DNA of 64,000 nucleotides from Polyangiaceae bacterium (GTDB lineage: Bacteria; Myxococcota_A; Polyangia; Polyangiales; Polyangiaceae): assembly GCA_033763455.1 (NCBI GenBank), contig JANRKO010000043.1:133512-197511 (forward strand), read 5' to 3'. Shown here piece by piece: positions 49,832 through 58,846 of the stretch. The notes under the pieces are model-generated. The model was not told where the DNA came from. It did not search any database and was given only the letters and a program-made list of their open reading frames with translations. Position numbers and translations under genes: made by a program. Every line of letters begins with the position of its first letter. Positions within the stretch are counted from its first letter, which is position 1.

Positions 49832-50140
49832 ATGATCAAAAATGGAATGCGCCCCGTCTCGCCGGGGGAAGTGCTTCGAGAACAGCTAGACGAACTGGGT
49901 CTTTCTGCAAATGCAGTAGCGGCTGCGCTGCACGTCCCCGCCAATCGGGTCACGGGCATACTCAATGGAACACGGGCGCTCACTCCTGAAACGGCGTTGC
50001 GCCTAGAGCGGTTCTTTACGGGCACTTCTGCGCAGTTCTGGTTGAATTTGCAGAATCAATTCGACCTCCGCCGGGCAGAGCTCAAAAATGGTGTGGCACT
50101 GCGCAAAATTCGCCCATTTTCGGCCTTGAAGGCGAGCTGA
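49832..50140 (+). CDS. higA: HigA antitoxin (HTH)
   Basis: MRPVSPGEVLRE, LSANAVA..L.VPANRV..I.NG.R.LTPETALRL, FWLNLQ. Confidence 0.93.
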   Translation: MIKNGMRPVSPGEVLREQLDELGLSANAVAAALHVPANRVTGILNGTRALTPETALRLERFFTGTSAQFWLNLQNQFDLRRAELKNGVALRKIRPFSALKAS

Positions 50141-50159
50141 GGAAGCGGGCGCGTCACAT

Positions 50160-50250
50160 AGCCGCACGGCGGAGAATGCCTACGCCAGGGGGATGGCTCG
50201 CTACCAGGCCGCGCTTTGGGGGGTAACCCTCCGGGTTTCAATTGGCCGCA
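50160..50250 (+). repeat. Direct repeat copy B (right of higBA)
   Basis: See copy A; shorter than A mainly through one 7-bp gap. Confidence 0.9.
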
Positions 50251-50317
50251 CCCAAAAGTTTCGATTGGCCGTGAGTAAAGGTTTCAATTAGCCGAACCCA
50301 AAGGTTACAATTGGCCG
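50235..50317 (+). repeat. Four 14-bp iterons GTTtCaATTgGCCG at an exact 23-bp period
   Basis: Starts at 50235, 50258, 50281 and 50304; the last copy abuts ATG 50318. Confidence 0.9.
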
Positions 50318-50473
50318 ATGTCGGTGGCCCTTTATCCGCGCTATTCCGAGCCCGGGCTCATAGAGTCCCTCAAGGACTCGCCCTTGGTTCTAGTACATGG
50401 GCCCCGGCAGTGCGGTAAGACAACGCTCGCCCAGAAGGTAGGCAAGCGTCGAGGGTACGAGGTTTCACGCTAG
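50318..50473 (+). pseudogene. Truncated AAA_14/DUF4143 ATPase (N-terminal 51 aa; absent from the ORF track)
   Basis: Hand translation MSVALYPRYSEPGLIESLKDSPLVLVHGPRQCGKTTLAQKVGKRRGYEVSR*, with the same Walker A as the 60771 gene. Confidence 0.85.
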
Positions 50474-50486
50474 CCTCTTGCCAGTA

Positions 50487-52078
50487 CTAGGCCTCAAGCG
50501 CCACGCCAGCGCCACCAGTTTCCGGGACCAACACTGATTCGGAACTGCTCGATTCCAGCAGCAGCGAGTTCAGAACCGGCGTGACTACGTCCCGGAGTAC
50601 TGCCCCTCTAAGCTCACCCCGCGACGCAGCGGACAGAATTCCGTGCGTGCCAAGAATGACTGTACGCGCACTCTCGCCGCTCTCGGCTCGACCTTGCTGG
50701 TTGGCTTCTGCGACCTCAAAGCGCAAAACTTCCCGCAACGAAGCCGTCAGCTCCGCACGCTTGGAAGAGCCCACGTGCTCCAACGCCCACGCCAGAAAAC
50801 GCCACCCGAGCTCTGCGTGCCGAGTCTCATCATCGCTGATCCGGGAGAGAAACTCCCGCACAGCCGGTACCGTTGCCACGCTAGCAGCTTCTGCCGCTTC
50901 AATGGCAGCCACAGTTTCGCCAAAACAGGCCTCTTTCACGGCGGTAACAATGATCTCAAGCGTGCCGGCGTCTTCAAACGCACCCGCCAGCCTAAGCCGC
51001 GAAGGCCCTACGTTGCTTCCGGAATAGCTACTCGCGAGCGCGAAACACGCCATTGCATGTTCAATCTCGTCCCCCATGGCGCGTTGTGCTTCGCTGAGAA
51101 GCCACGCTGGCGCTCCCATCGACATCAAGTGCAGCGAGAAGCGCGCGAACGCCGCAACTGACGCGTGCTCCATGAGCGCAATCTCCGTGTAGTGGGCAGC
51201 AATTTCTCGGCGAGTTCCGGCGTCCAATTTATCCAACGAGCTCACGAATACGGGGGAAGCGAGCCAGCTCGCTGACTCAGTTGGGCTCGCCTGGCGGTGT
51301 GCGTTGTCGACGCAAAATGGGCGCCCTCCTGGGGAAGCTGGCAGGAATAGGGGAAATTCCCTCTCTCGACCCCGCACCCAGACACATCTGGCCTGTAATC
51401 AGTGCCGCCCGCGCACAAGCTGCCATCGGCACAATCAGCATCCGTGCGACACGTGGATGCAACGCAAGTTCCGATATTCCCACCACATTGGCAGATGGAT
51501 CCCGCCCCACAATCTTGATCTGTAACACAGCCGTAGATACACACCGTGCGAGCCGGCGCGGCAGGGCCCAGGGGTGATGCCTCGTGTGCGGGATAAAACT
51601 GGCAATACCCATGGGGCTTCTCCTTGCAGTCAGCATCCTCGGAGCAAGCGAACTGAATTCCTCCCGCACCTCCGCCCCCCGAACTCCCAGCCGCACTACC
51701 TCCCGTAGCCGCCGCTCCCGCAGCACCACCGCCTGCTGCACCGCCACTCGCGTCAGCTGGGATCTGTGATCCCGCACGCGGGTAGATCGACGGACAAGTC
51801 ACCTGCTTGGTTCGATGCGTGTACCCTTCGGCGCAATGCACGTAGCCAGTATCCACCCCCGTTAACGGCGTCGGACTCGTGCAGCTCCACTTCGCATGCC
51901 TCGGCTCCCCGCCCGAGCCGCCCGTCACGCCAACCCCCCCCGAGCCACCCGTCACGCCACGCCCACTTGGGGCCGGTGACGTTTCCACCGAGGTGGTAGC
52001 GCCCCCGCAGCCCAACGGTGCTGTCCCAAGCGCTGCCAGAAAGAGCGTGTGCCAAGAACCAAGTCGAGTTCGAATCAT
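50487..52078 (-). pseudogene. Cys-rich lipoprotein + ferritin-like domain, split by a frameshift or deletion near 51325-51335
   Basis: ORF 51242-52078 carries the lipobox and Cys repeats; ORF 50487-51377 carries GRPF, MEHASVAAFARF, DEIEHA, EACFGET and DETRHA but has no convincing start. Confidence 0.75.
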
Positions 52079-52090
52079 GGGTGCCGCACC

Positions 52091-52106
52091 AGCAAGCCCT
52101 GTGCCA
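52091..52106 (-). promoter_or_regulatory. Putative sigma54 promoter
   Basis: Minus strand TGGCACAGGGCTTGCT, near-perfect consensus, 12 bp before ATG 52078. Confidence 0.75.
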
Positions 52107-52244
52107 CGATACTACTTCGTCAATACTAGCGAGGACCTGAGGATCGTCTGATACCTCAGGCGTGACTCGCGCTCCGCACATGGCACATATGGCACCAGCC
52201 CAACTCCGCCGTCAGTACCAGATCCAAGGCCCGACCAGCAGCTG

Positions 52245-52269
52245 ATGCAGGGCAGGCTTTGCCCTGTAT
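52245..52269. terminator. Hairpin
   Basis: ATGCAGGGCA-ggctt-TGCCCTGTAT; no U tract. Confidence 0.3.
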
Positions 52270-52378
52270 GTGGCAGGATCGTCAAATGCCTCGCCGAATG
52301 TTGCGAGCAAGGACTGCATCAGGGCTGTGTCTTCAGAGGTAAGGTGGCGAATCGTGAGCGGCATAACGTCCTCAGCTC

Positions 52379-53074
52379 TTACATTCCACAGTTCTTCACG
52401 TGCACCAGAACGCCGAGCGCATTGCAGTTGGTAGTCATCGGGTCTCCTTCATCATGGATGGAGGGACAATTGATTTCAGCGAACATTTCGCCTGCACCAA
52501 TCCGAAGCTTTTCGGACGCTCCTGGCATGGGGAGGGTGCGAGCCGTACAGGGCTCAATATTGGTCTGAGTTCCCGATGCCTCCGACGAGAAGACCGCGTC
52601 GCGCGAGGCAATGGTGCCCGTACCATTTGTAACCGTCCCGCTAAGGAACACTGAACTACCTGCGGCGCCAGCAGTTACCGAAAATGCATAAGATGGATCG
52701 GTGCCTGTGATGGTGCAATTCACGACGGCACCGTCGACTCCATTCCTAAGCGGCACCCCCTCCGTTTGGGTGTTTGACGGCGCCGGGTTGCCAAAATTGG
52801 AAAGGCCTTGACGAAGGCAGGCCTTTCCCGGGATCGCCGCGATGTATGCCCGAACGCCCGCCTCCGCCGGAGCTTGGCCTCCACCCCCAGTACCGAGGGT
52901 CCCTTTGCCACCGGTCCCCTGCGGTAGCACACCAACCATGGCGCTGCCGCCAGCGGCCGGGGCGCCGGAACTAGATGTTCCAGAGCTAACGCCACCGCAG
53001 CCAGAGCTCGAAACAAGCCCGAACATAAAAACTAGACCGATCGAACCCCGAAGCACTTCTGAAAACCGAGCCAT
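52379..53074 (-). CDS. Hypothetical lipoprotein
   Basis: GGAGG RBS, SSGC lipobox, Gly linker, beta-rich domain ending in NC. Confidence 0.7.
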   Translation of the reverse strand: MARFSEVLRGSIGLVFMFGLVSSSGCGGVSSGTSSSGAPAAGGSAMVGVLPQGTGGKGTLGTGGGGQAPAEAGVRAYIAAIPGKACLRQGLSNFGNPAPSNTQTEGVPLRNGVDGAVVNCTITGTDPSYAFSVTAGAAGSSVFLSGTVTNGTGTIASRDAVFSSEASGTQTNIEPCTARTLPMPGASEKLRIGAGEMFAEINCPSIHDEGDPMTTNCNALGVLVHVKNCGM

Positions 53075-53203
53075 TCTAATACCTCCCATAGAGACGGAGT
53101 CTCATAGATGGCGTCGAACCCGAATGAAAGGGGTTCTGTGCGCCCCCGCCACGGCTGATCGTAATTGTCTGGACACTGGTGCGTCGAGGAGCTGAATGAC
53201 AGG

Positions 53204-53626
53204 TTACTGTGACTTCATTGGCTCAAGTGGGGCCGACACGGGAGCGGGCACACTCGGCTTCACGCAGTACCCGCCCACGTAGCTAAGATCGGTGCCGCCC
53301 AAGTCAACAATCACATCCCGACGGCACTCAAACCCCGCTCGACAGCGACAGAATGGCGCTTCTGATTCCGGGCCGTCGCAGCGGCAAGAACAATAGACTT
53401 GCGCTTCGAAGCCCAGGCAAACGCCGAGCCCACAGCTGCTTGGGTTTTCTTCCACGTTTCTGGTGGTGAAGTCGAAGGGGCCGCCTTCTAAAGTGCAAGA
53501 TAAGCCCACTTTTTCGGCAAGCTTCAGGGATTGCGCGTCAAAGAGCTCGGCCTCACCCGAGCAATTGGCCAAAAATAGGAGGGCGAGAGAGCCAAGCATT
53601 TGAGGGTTTCGGAATTGGGTCTTCAT
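53204..53626 (-). CDS. Small Cys-rich lipoprotein
   Basis: LANC lipobox; VYCSCRCDGP...FCRC..GFEC...GGYCVK. Confidence 0.7.
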   Translation of the reverse strand: MKTQFRNPQMLGSLALLFLANCSGEAELFDAQSLKLAEKVGLSCTLEGGPFDFTTRNVEENPSSCGLGVCLGFEAQVYCSCRCDGPESEAPFCRCRAGFECRRDVIVDLGGTDLSYVGGYCVKPSVPAPVSAPLEPMKSQ

Positions 53627-53634
53627 GCGCACAC

Positions 53635-53734
53635 TGGGCCCCGGCGCCGCAAAGTGGCTCACGCGGCCTCTCCCATCAACGAAATAGATCTCTGGTGTCT
53701 TTTGTGTGAGCCGTCCCAAGCCCTTCGGGGCCCA
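53635..53734. promoter_or_regulatory. Divergent pair of GTGAGCC-N13/14-GGGGCCCA motifs (candidate ECF promoters)
   Basis: Minus copy at 53635-53662 and plus copy at 53706-53734, each pointing at its downstream gene. Confidence 0.45.
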
Positions 53735-53769
53735 ATACGCTGACCGTCCTTCGCCTTCTAGCTCGGCCC

Positions 53770-54408
53770 TTGCCCTCAATGTTCGCCGCTCAGTCCTTGA
53801 AGCCCGCCATAGCCCAAGTTGTGCCCCTGCGGCACGCGGAAGGGCAGCCTACGGTCGCGCAATTGGTGGAGGCAGGGCTGCACGGGGATCCCTTCGCACT
53901 CCGAGAGCTCTATGATCGCCACGCCAAAGCGGTGTTGGCGCGAGCCCTGCGTTTGCTCGGCCGCTCAGCGGACGCAGAGGATGTAACTCAAGAAGCCTTC
54001 CTGGAAGCCTTTCGAGACCTCAAGCAACTGCAGGCACCTGAGCGATTCGGAGCCTTCCTCATGGGCATTCTCACGCACCGCATCTATCGCCGCTTTCGAC
54101 GCCAGCGGTTACTTTCGCGTTTGGGCTTCCTAGAAAAGGGGGAGAGAGATGCAAGCCTAGAGAAGCTCGGAGCGGGGGCGGGCCAAGAAACCTTGCTGCA
54201 ACTCAGCCGCGCCGACACCGTGCTCCGAACCATAGCACCTGAGCTGCGCCTAGCTTGGATGTTACGCATGGTGGAAGGGTGTGAGCTGGCAGAAGTGGCG
54301 GCTCTTGGGCATTGTTCTTTAGCCACAGCTAAACGGCGAGTAGCTCGTGCTCATGAGCGCGTACGCGCCGTGCTTGACATGGATTTGCCAGCAGGAGATC
54401 CAGCATGA
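53770..54408 (+). CDS. ECF sigma-70 factor
   Basis: GDPFALRELYDRH, AEDVTQEAF, LRMVEG.EL.EVA...CSLATAKRR. Confidence 0.88.
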   Translation: MPSMFAAQSLKPAIAQVVPLRHAEGQPTVAQLVEAGLHGDPFALRELYDRHAKAVLARALRLLGRSADAEDVTQEAFLEAFRDLKQLQAPERFGAFLMGILTHRIYRRFRRQRLLSRLGFLEKGERDASLEKLGAGAGQETLLQLSRADTVLRTIAPELRLAWMLRMVEGCELAEVAALGHCSLATAKRRVARAHERVRAVLDMDLPAGDPA

Positions 54409-55568
54409 AAAACGCCAAAAGGTTAGCCTTTCCGCTCAATAGCCAGCTCGTAGATCCGGCGACTGACGCCGCTGTGAGGCGGGTGAAGCTTCGAGTATTT
54501 TCCGCACTTGGGGCTGCGCCGACGCCAACGGTCTGGTCGTGGGGGCGGGTTGGGTTCGCCTTTTCTGGGGCTCTGCTCGTAGCAGCGCTCGCCGTGGTGG
54601 GTTTCCAATATTTTGGGGTTCGCTCGACCTCAAGTACGATGCTTCCCGGGCCACTCCTCACGCGCTCTGGCTCTGCCTTTGAAGCGCTGAGCACAAGCCC
54701 ACACAGCGTGGCGCATACTGATTTTTCGGATGGCTCTCGGATTGAGCTGGCACCTGCCGGCAAGGTGAGCGCTCTGTCATCTACGGCGCAAGAATTTTCG
54801 GTGCTCCTTGAGCAGGGTGAATTGCACGTGCACGTGGTTCCGGGGGGCCCGAGGCGTTGGGTCGTCGAAGCAAAGCTGGCGCGCATTGAAGTGGTGGGTA
54901 CAGATTTCAGCGTTCAGCGTTCCGCAAACAGCGTTCGAGTATCAGTGGGGCACGGCGTAGTTCTGGTTCGCTCGGCATGGCTGGAACAAGGCGTACAGCG
55001 GCTCACAGCAGGTCAACAACTAGAGGTATCGCCCGCAACCTCCGGTGCGGCCGAGAGTTCTCCCCATGGTGCAAAGTCGCCGATTCGCCCCATCGGGCAT
55101 GCTGCGCCGAAGACGATACAACCCCTTGAGCACGCTGCCGCAGAGTTGCCGTTGGTACCCCGGCACCGAACATCTCCGCCATCCGTCAACGAACTATTTG
55201 CTGCGGTGGATCGAGCCCGTTTGGCTGGCAACCGGGCGGAAGCAGAGGCTGCGCTTCAGCAAATTCTAAGCCAATTTCCCAATGACGCGAGAGCCCCTGT
55301 GGCACGCTACACGTTGGGGTTGGTGCGGCTCAGCGCCGGGGGCGACCGGCGACGTGCAGTCGCTGAATTTGAGCTCGTCCTTGAGAGTGGAGCATCGAGC
55401 AGCCTGCGGGAGGACGCGTTCGCCAAGCTCGTGGAGGTGCACGCAGCTGCGGGAGAAGCGAGCGAGGCGAGATCGCTTCTTCTCAGGTATCAGGATGAGT
55501 TTCCCCAAGGCAGGCACTTGGCAAGGCTTCGGGCAAAATTGAGAGCCACTCGTACGAAGTCACCGTGA
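54405..55568 (+). CDS. FecR-domain anti-sigma with C-terminal TPR
   Basis: TM helix, FSDGSRIEL, LEQG...V, IEVVGTDFSV, VSV.HG.V.V; FP.GRH tail; ATGA overlap with the sigma gene. Confidence 0.85.
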   Translation: MKNAKRLAFPLNSQLVDPATDAAVRRVKLRVFSALGAAPTPTVWSWGRVGFAFSGALLVAALAVVGFQYFGVRSTSSTMLPGPLLTRSGSAFEALSTSPHSVAHTDFSDGSRIELAPAGKVSALSSTAQEFSVLLEQGELHVHVVPGGPRRWVVEAKLARIEVVGTDFSVQRSANSVRVSVGHGVVLVRSAWLEQGVQRLTAGQQLEVSPATSGAAESSPHGAKSPIRPIGHAAPKTIQPLEHAAAELPLVPRHRTSPPSVNELFAAVDRARLAGNRAEAEAALQQILSQFPNDARAPVARYTLGLVRLSAGGDRRRAVAEFELVLESGASSSLREDAFAKLVEVHAAAGEASEARSLLLRYQDEFPQGRHLARLRAKLRATRTKSP

Positions 55569-56674
55569 TGGTAGACACCACTCACGCCGAGGCCACAGTG
55601 AAGCTAACCACTCACGCCAGACGCGCGGTGAAGATTTTACTGCCCGCTCATTGCCGGCGGTGTTTGGCTACCGTAAATTCACGCGTCGTACGCTGTGCAG
55701 TATTCGTTTGGCTCTTTCTACTCCCCTTACACATCGAAGCATCCGAAAAGAGCAACGTTGCGCTTCGTGTTCAGCCTGCCGGTTGCACCGAACTTCCTTA
55801 CGACCCAAGCGCCCTTCAATATGCTTTGGAAATCGAACTTCGCGCGACCAATGTGCTCGCCGCATTAGCCCACGGCAGCCCGGACATTTCGCTCACTCTT
55901 CCCAATTGCTCGGTCGATGAAACTCACCTAGCAGTGGATATTACGTTGCCCCCTGGAGCCGCTGTAGCCCACTTGCGCGCGGACTTGAGCCTGGCCGACA
56001 TGGCTCAGGAAACCCGCGAGCGAACCCTGGCCGTCGCCATCGTTGAGTTTCTCAATGGAGCGGTGCCAACAGGTGCCTCCCAGGCCGAAGACAGAGCAAG
56101 CGCACCCAAAGCATCACCCACGAGGGGATTGAGCGAAAGAAGTTCACCCTCGGCCCTGGGCCGCAAACAAATCCTCATCGCTTCCTACGAAGCGTACGTA
56201 AGCTCCCAAGAATTCCACGCAGCAAACCGCTTTCTGGGCGGCGGCTTGGCGCTTCAGATTGCGCACATACCGAGCGGGCGTGCGCTTCGTTTGAGCGCCG
56301 ACGGGGAAACGGGGGCGACCGAAACGCCTTGGGGCACCGTGAACGTGAGAACGCTCGGTATGGGCCTTTACGCGACACAACAGTTCTCCAAAGAACCGCG
56401 CCTCACGCTCGGACCTGGAGTTCGCCTCGTCGCAGCTCAAGCCGAAGCTGATACCCGTGGTGGAGGCAAAGGCCAGGTGCGCTACGTATTCGCGAGCGCG
56501 GTGGGAGCTTTGGTTGGGCTTGCGGCTCCCCTTTGGGGAGCCTTCCGGCTAAAGACCACGTTTGAGCTCAGCTATTTTGTGCGAGAGGGCACTTTCCTAG
56601 CTGGAGGTCGGCCAGTGGTTGGCTTTTCGGGGATTCACACGGCTGGCACACTTGGAATAGCTTATGGGGAGTGA
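55565..56674 (+). CDS. Exported protein with a probable beta-barrel, third gene of the ECF cassette
   Basis: GTGA overlap with the upstream gene; LEIEL...RTLAVAIVE; beta-rich C-terminus. Confidence 0.6.
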   Translation: MMVDTTHAEATVKLTTHARRAVKILLPAHCRRCLATVNSRVVRCAVFVWLFLLPLHIEASEKSNVALRVQPAGCTELPYDPSALQYALEIELRATNVLAALAHGSPDISLTLPNCSVDETHLAVDITLPPGAAVAHLRADLSLADMAQETRERTLAVAIVEFLNGAVPTGASQAEDRASAPKASPTRGLSERSSPSALGRKQILIASYEAYVSSQEFHAANRFLGGGLALQIAHIPSGRALRLSADGETGATETPWGTVNVRTLGMGLYATQQFSKEPRLTLGPGVRLVAAQAEADTRGGGKGQVRYVFASAVGALVGLAAPLWGAFRLKTTFELSYFVREGTFLAGGRPVVGFSGIHTAGTLGIAYGE

Positions 56675-56981
56675 ACGGCGTGCCCTTCTCGGTGCTGCCA
56701 AGGTGCCGTGCCTCCTCTGTGCTTACGGTACATTGCGGCATCAGCTAAACGGCAAAACCACGAACAAGACGGCGGCAAGACGCGCCATCCTTCGGGGGAA
56801 GCAGATTTGTCTCGCTTACCCCTTCTGGGACCAAAACATGCACCGCGCGCCTGGCAAATGGTCAAGCCTGCACCGTCAACCCCGAATGCCTATCGGAGGA
56901 TTGCACGAATGGGCTGTCCGCGCCGAACGCCGACTTTGGGCTCGCGCTCTTGTGCGGAACAGCTGCAAAACAGCTTGTGCG

Positions 56982-57268
56982 TTAGTCGACTCTGACTGGC
57001 TCCCGATCCACGATCGCCAACAATGTCACGTTGGCACTGTCGAAGCCGTAGAACACCCAAAGGCTGAAGCCCGGGACGGCTCTCACCCAAGCAACCCCAA
57101 CGGGCAGCATGAGCGCCTCGAAGTCCTCGGAGCCAGGTAGCTCGCCTCGCTGAAGCGAGCTCACCTCACCAGCCGACCGATTGCGGCTGCCTTAGCTTTT
57201 TGGGGTCGAATTTGCAGCGCTTGAAAGCTGCGGAAGTAGCCTCGACCTACTCGGAGTATCCGCCCCAC
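56982..57268 (-). pseudogene. RelE/ParE-like small toxin disrupted by a 5-bp tandem duplication
   Basis: TCACC x2 at 57161-57170. Removing one copy gives a 93-aa ORF, MGRILRVGRGYFRSFQ...WVRAVPGFSLWVFYGFDSANVTLLAIV. Confidence 0.6.
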
Positions 57269-57432
57269 GGGTCGCCTTCGCCTGTCTGGAGATACCGCAA
57301 GTGCGCCTCAGCAACCCATTCGGGTAGCGGCTCATCGACCCGGACCAGATCGTCGCTCGAAAGGATCCCTTCTGGCAGGCGGTACCTTGGGCGCTCGCTC
57401 GGGGCAGGCTGGCTGCGGGCAGGCTCGGACAT
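57247..57432 (-). CDS. Small acidic protein, putative antitoxin
   Basis: 61 aa, overlapping the start of the toxin-like gene. Confidence 0.55.
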   Translation of the reverse strand: MSEPARSQPAPSERPRYRLPEGILSSDDLVRVDEPLPEWVAEAHLRYLQTGEGDPWGGYSE

Positions 57433-57608
57433 CCCGGCACTGTAGCGCGTTGCATTTTTGAACGCCAGGGACGGGTGATTGGGGCGAGGGGCACCCGTTT
57501 GGCATGGACGCAACGCCAGGTTTCAGCGGGTTAGGTTGTGACCTGATCACACCCTCGGCCACGCGTGGGGGCGTGGGGCTAGTGGGACGCTGTTCGGATA
57601 TGAATTTA

Positions 57609-57672
57609 CGACTTTTTTTGCCCTAGAGCTAAATTTGTCACGACAATTTTCTCCCTTAGGCTAAATTTGTCG
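57609..57672 (+). repeat. Two 32-bp imperfect tandem repeats with a central inverted repeat, abutting the ATG
   Basis: GCTAAATTTGTC at 57628 and 57660; CGAC at 57609 and 57641; AAATTTGTC-ac-GACAATTTT. Confidence 0.8.
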
Positions 57673-57673
57673 G

Positions 57674-58846
57674 ATGCTCCCCCGAACGCTCGAGGCCCTA
57701 ATCTCCGACGATCTCAAGGAGAAAATGGTGTTTCTTTCAGGACCTCGGCAGGTCGGGAAGACCACAGTGGCCCGCGCCGTGCTCGCCAAGGCCGTCGCTG
57801 GAGCGTACTACAGCTGGGACAGCCGAGAGGACCGGAAATCGATCCTGGGCGGAGTGCGCCCGCCGCCACCAGCACTTATCGTCCTGGATGAGCTCCACAA
57901 GTTTCGATCTTGGAAGCGGTGGCTGAAGGGGGAGTTCGACAAGCATCGCACCGAGTATGAATTCCTGGTCACAGGGAGTGCTCGGCTCGATGTGTACCGC
58001 AAAGGTGGCGATTCGCTTCAGGGCCGCTACCACTATCGCCGGCTCCATCCGTTGTCGATGATGGAGCTCGGCGGGCAGCTCCCTCAGCGCCTCCCGTTCG
58101 AACCGCTTACATTCGGCAGCTACGATTCAGGTTCAGAGGAGCTGCTTCATCAGCTGCTGGAGCGAGGAGGGTTTCCGGAGCCGTTTTTTGCGTCTACGGC
58201 GCGAGCGCAGCGGCGTTGGCACAAGGAACGCCTGGAGCGTTTTTTCCGAGAAGACGTGCGCGAGTTGGAACTGGTGAGGGACCTTTCATCCATGGAGATG
58301 CTGGCTGAAATTCTTCCCTCGCGCGTAGGAAGCCCACTTTCTTTGAACGCGCTGCGTGAAGACCTTGAGGTGACGCACGGAGCCGTGAATCACTGGGTTG
58401 ATATCCTCGAACGCATGTACTTCCTGTTCAGGATCCCCCCGTTTGTTGCCCGCACCGTGCGCAGCCTAAAAAAGGAGCCCAAAGCGTATCTTTGGGATTG
58501 GTCCCTCGTAACTGACCCGGGAGCGCGGTTCGAGAACTTGGTTGCGTCTCACTTGCTCAAGCTGTGTCACCACCTAGAAGATCACGAGGGCTATCGCGCC
58601 AAACTCCACTACTTGAGAGACCGTGATGGGCGCGAAGTGGACTTCCTTGTTGCTGTAGATAAAAAGCCCTGGTTCATGGTCGAGGCTAAGCTCGACGATC
58701 AGGCTCCGAGCCGACACCTGCACTACTTTCGCGAGCGCTTGAACGTACCTCTCGCCTATCAGTTCATTGCTAGCCCGGGTCACTCATTCATAAAGAACGG
58801 CGTGCATGTGGTATCCGCGAGCACCGCGCTCAAAGAGATAGCCTAG
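57674..58846 (+). CDS. AAA_14 ATPase + DUF4143 (wHTH, PD-(D/E)XK) protein
   Basis: GPRQVGKTT, LDELHK, VTGSAR, SLQGR, GGFPEP, KKEPKAY, FEN, EVDF...VEAK. Confidence 0.9.
   Translation: MLPRTLEALISDDLKEKMVFLSGPRQVGKTTVARAVLAKAVAGAYYSWDSREDRKSILGGVRPPPPALIVLDELHKFRSWKRWLKGEFDKHRTEYEFLVTGSARLDVYRKGGDSLQGRYHYRRLHPLSMMELGGQLPQRLPFEPLTFGSYDSGSEELLHQLLERGGFPEPFFASTARAQRRWHKERLERFFREDVRELELVRDLSSMEMLAEILPSRVGSPLSLNALREDLEVTHGAVNHWVDILERMYFLFRIPPFVARTVRSLKKEPKAYLWDWSLVTDPGARFENLVASHLLKLCHHLEDHEGYRAKLHYLRDRDGREVDFLVAVDKKPWFMVEAKLDDQAPSRHLHYFRERLNVPLAYQFIASPGHSFIKNGVHVVSASTALKEIA

Noticed and set aside
50235..50317. Mini-CRISPR array (repeats start GTTTCAAT)
   Set aside because: Repeats are 14 bp and spacers 9 bp, far too short, and no cas genes are in the window.
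56664..57140. 158-aa plus-strand ORF
   Set aside because: No recognisable features, and it is partly antisense to the toxin-like pseudogene.
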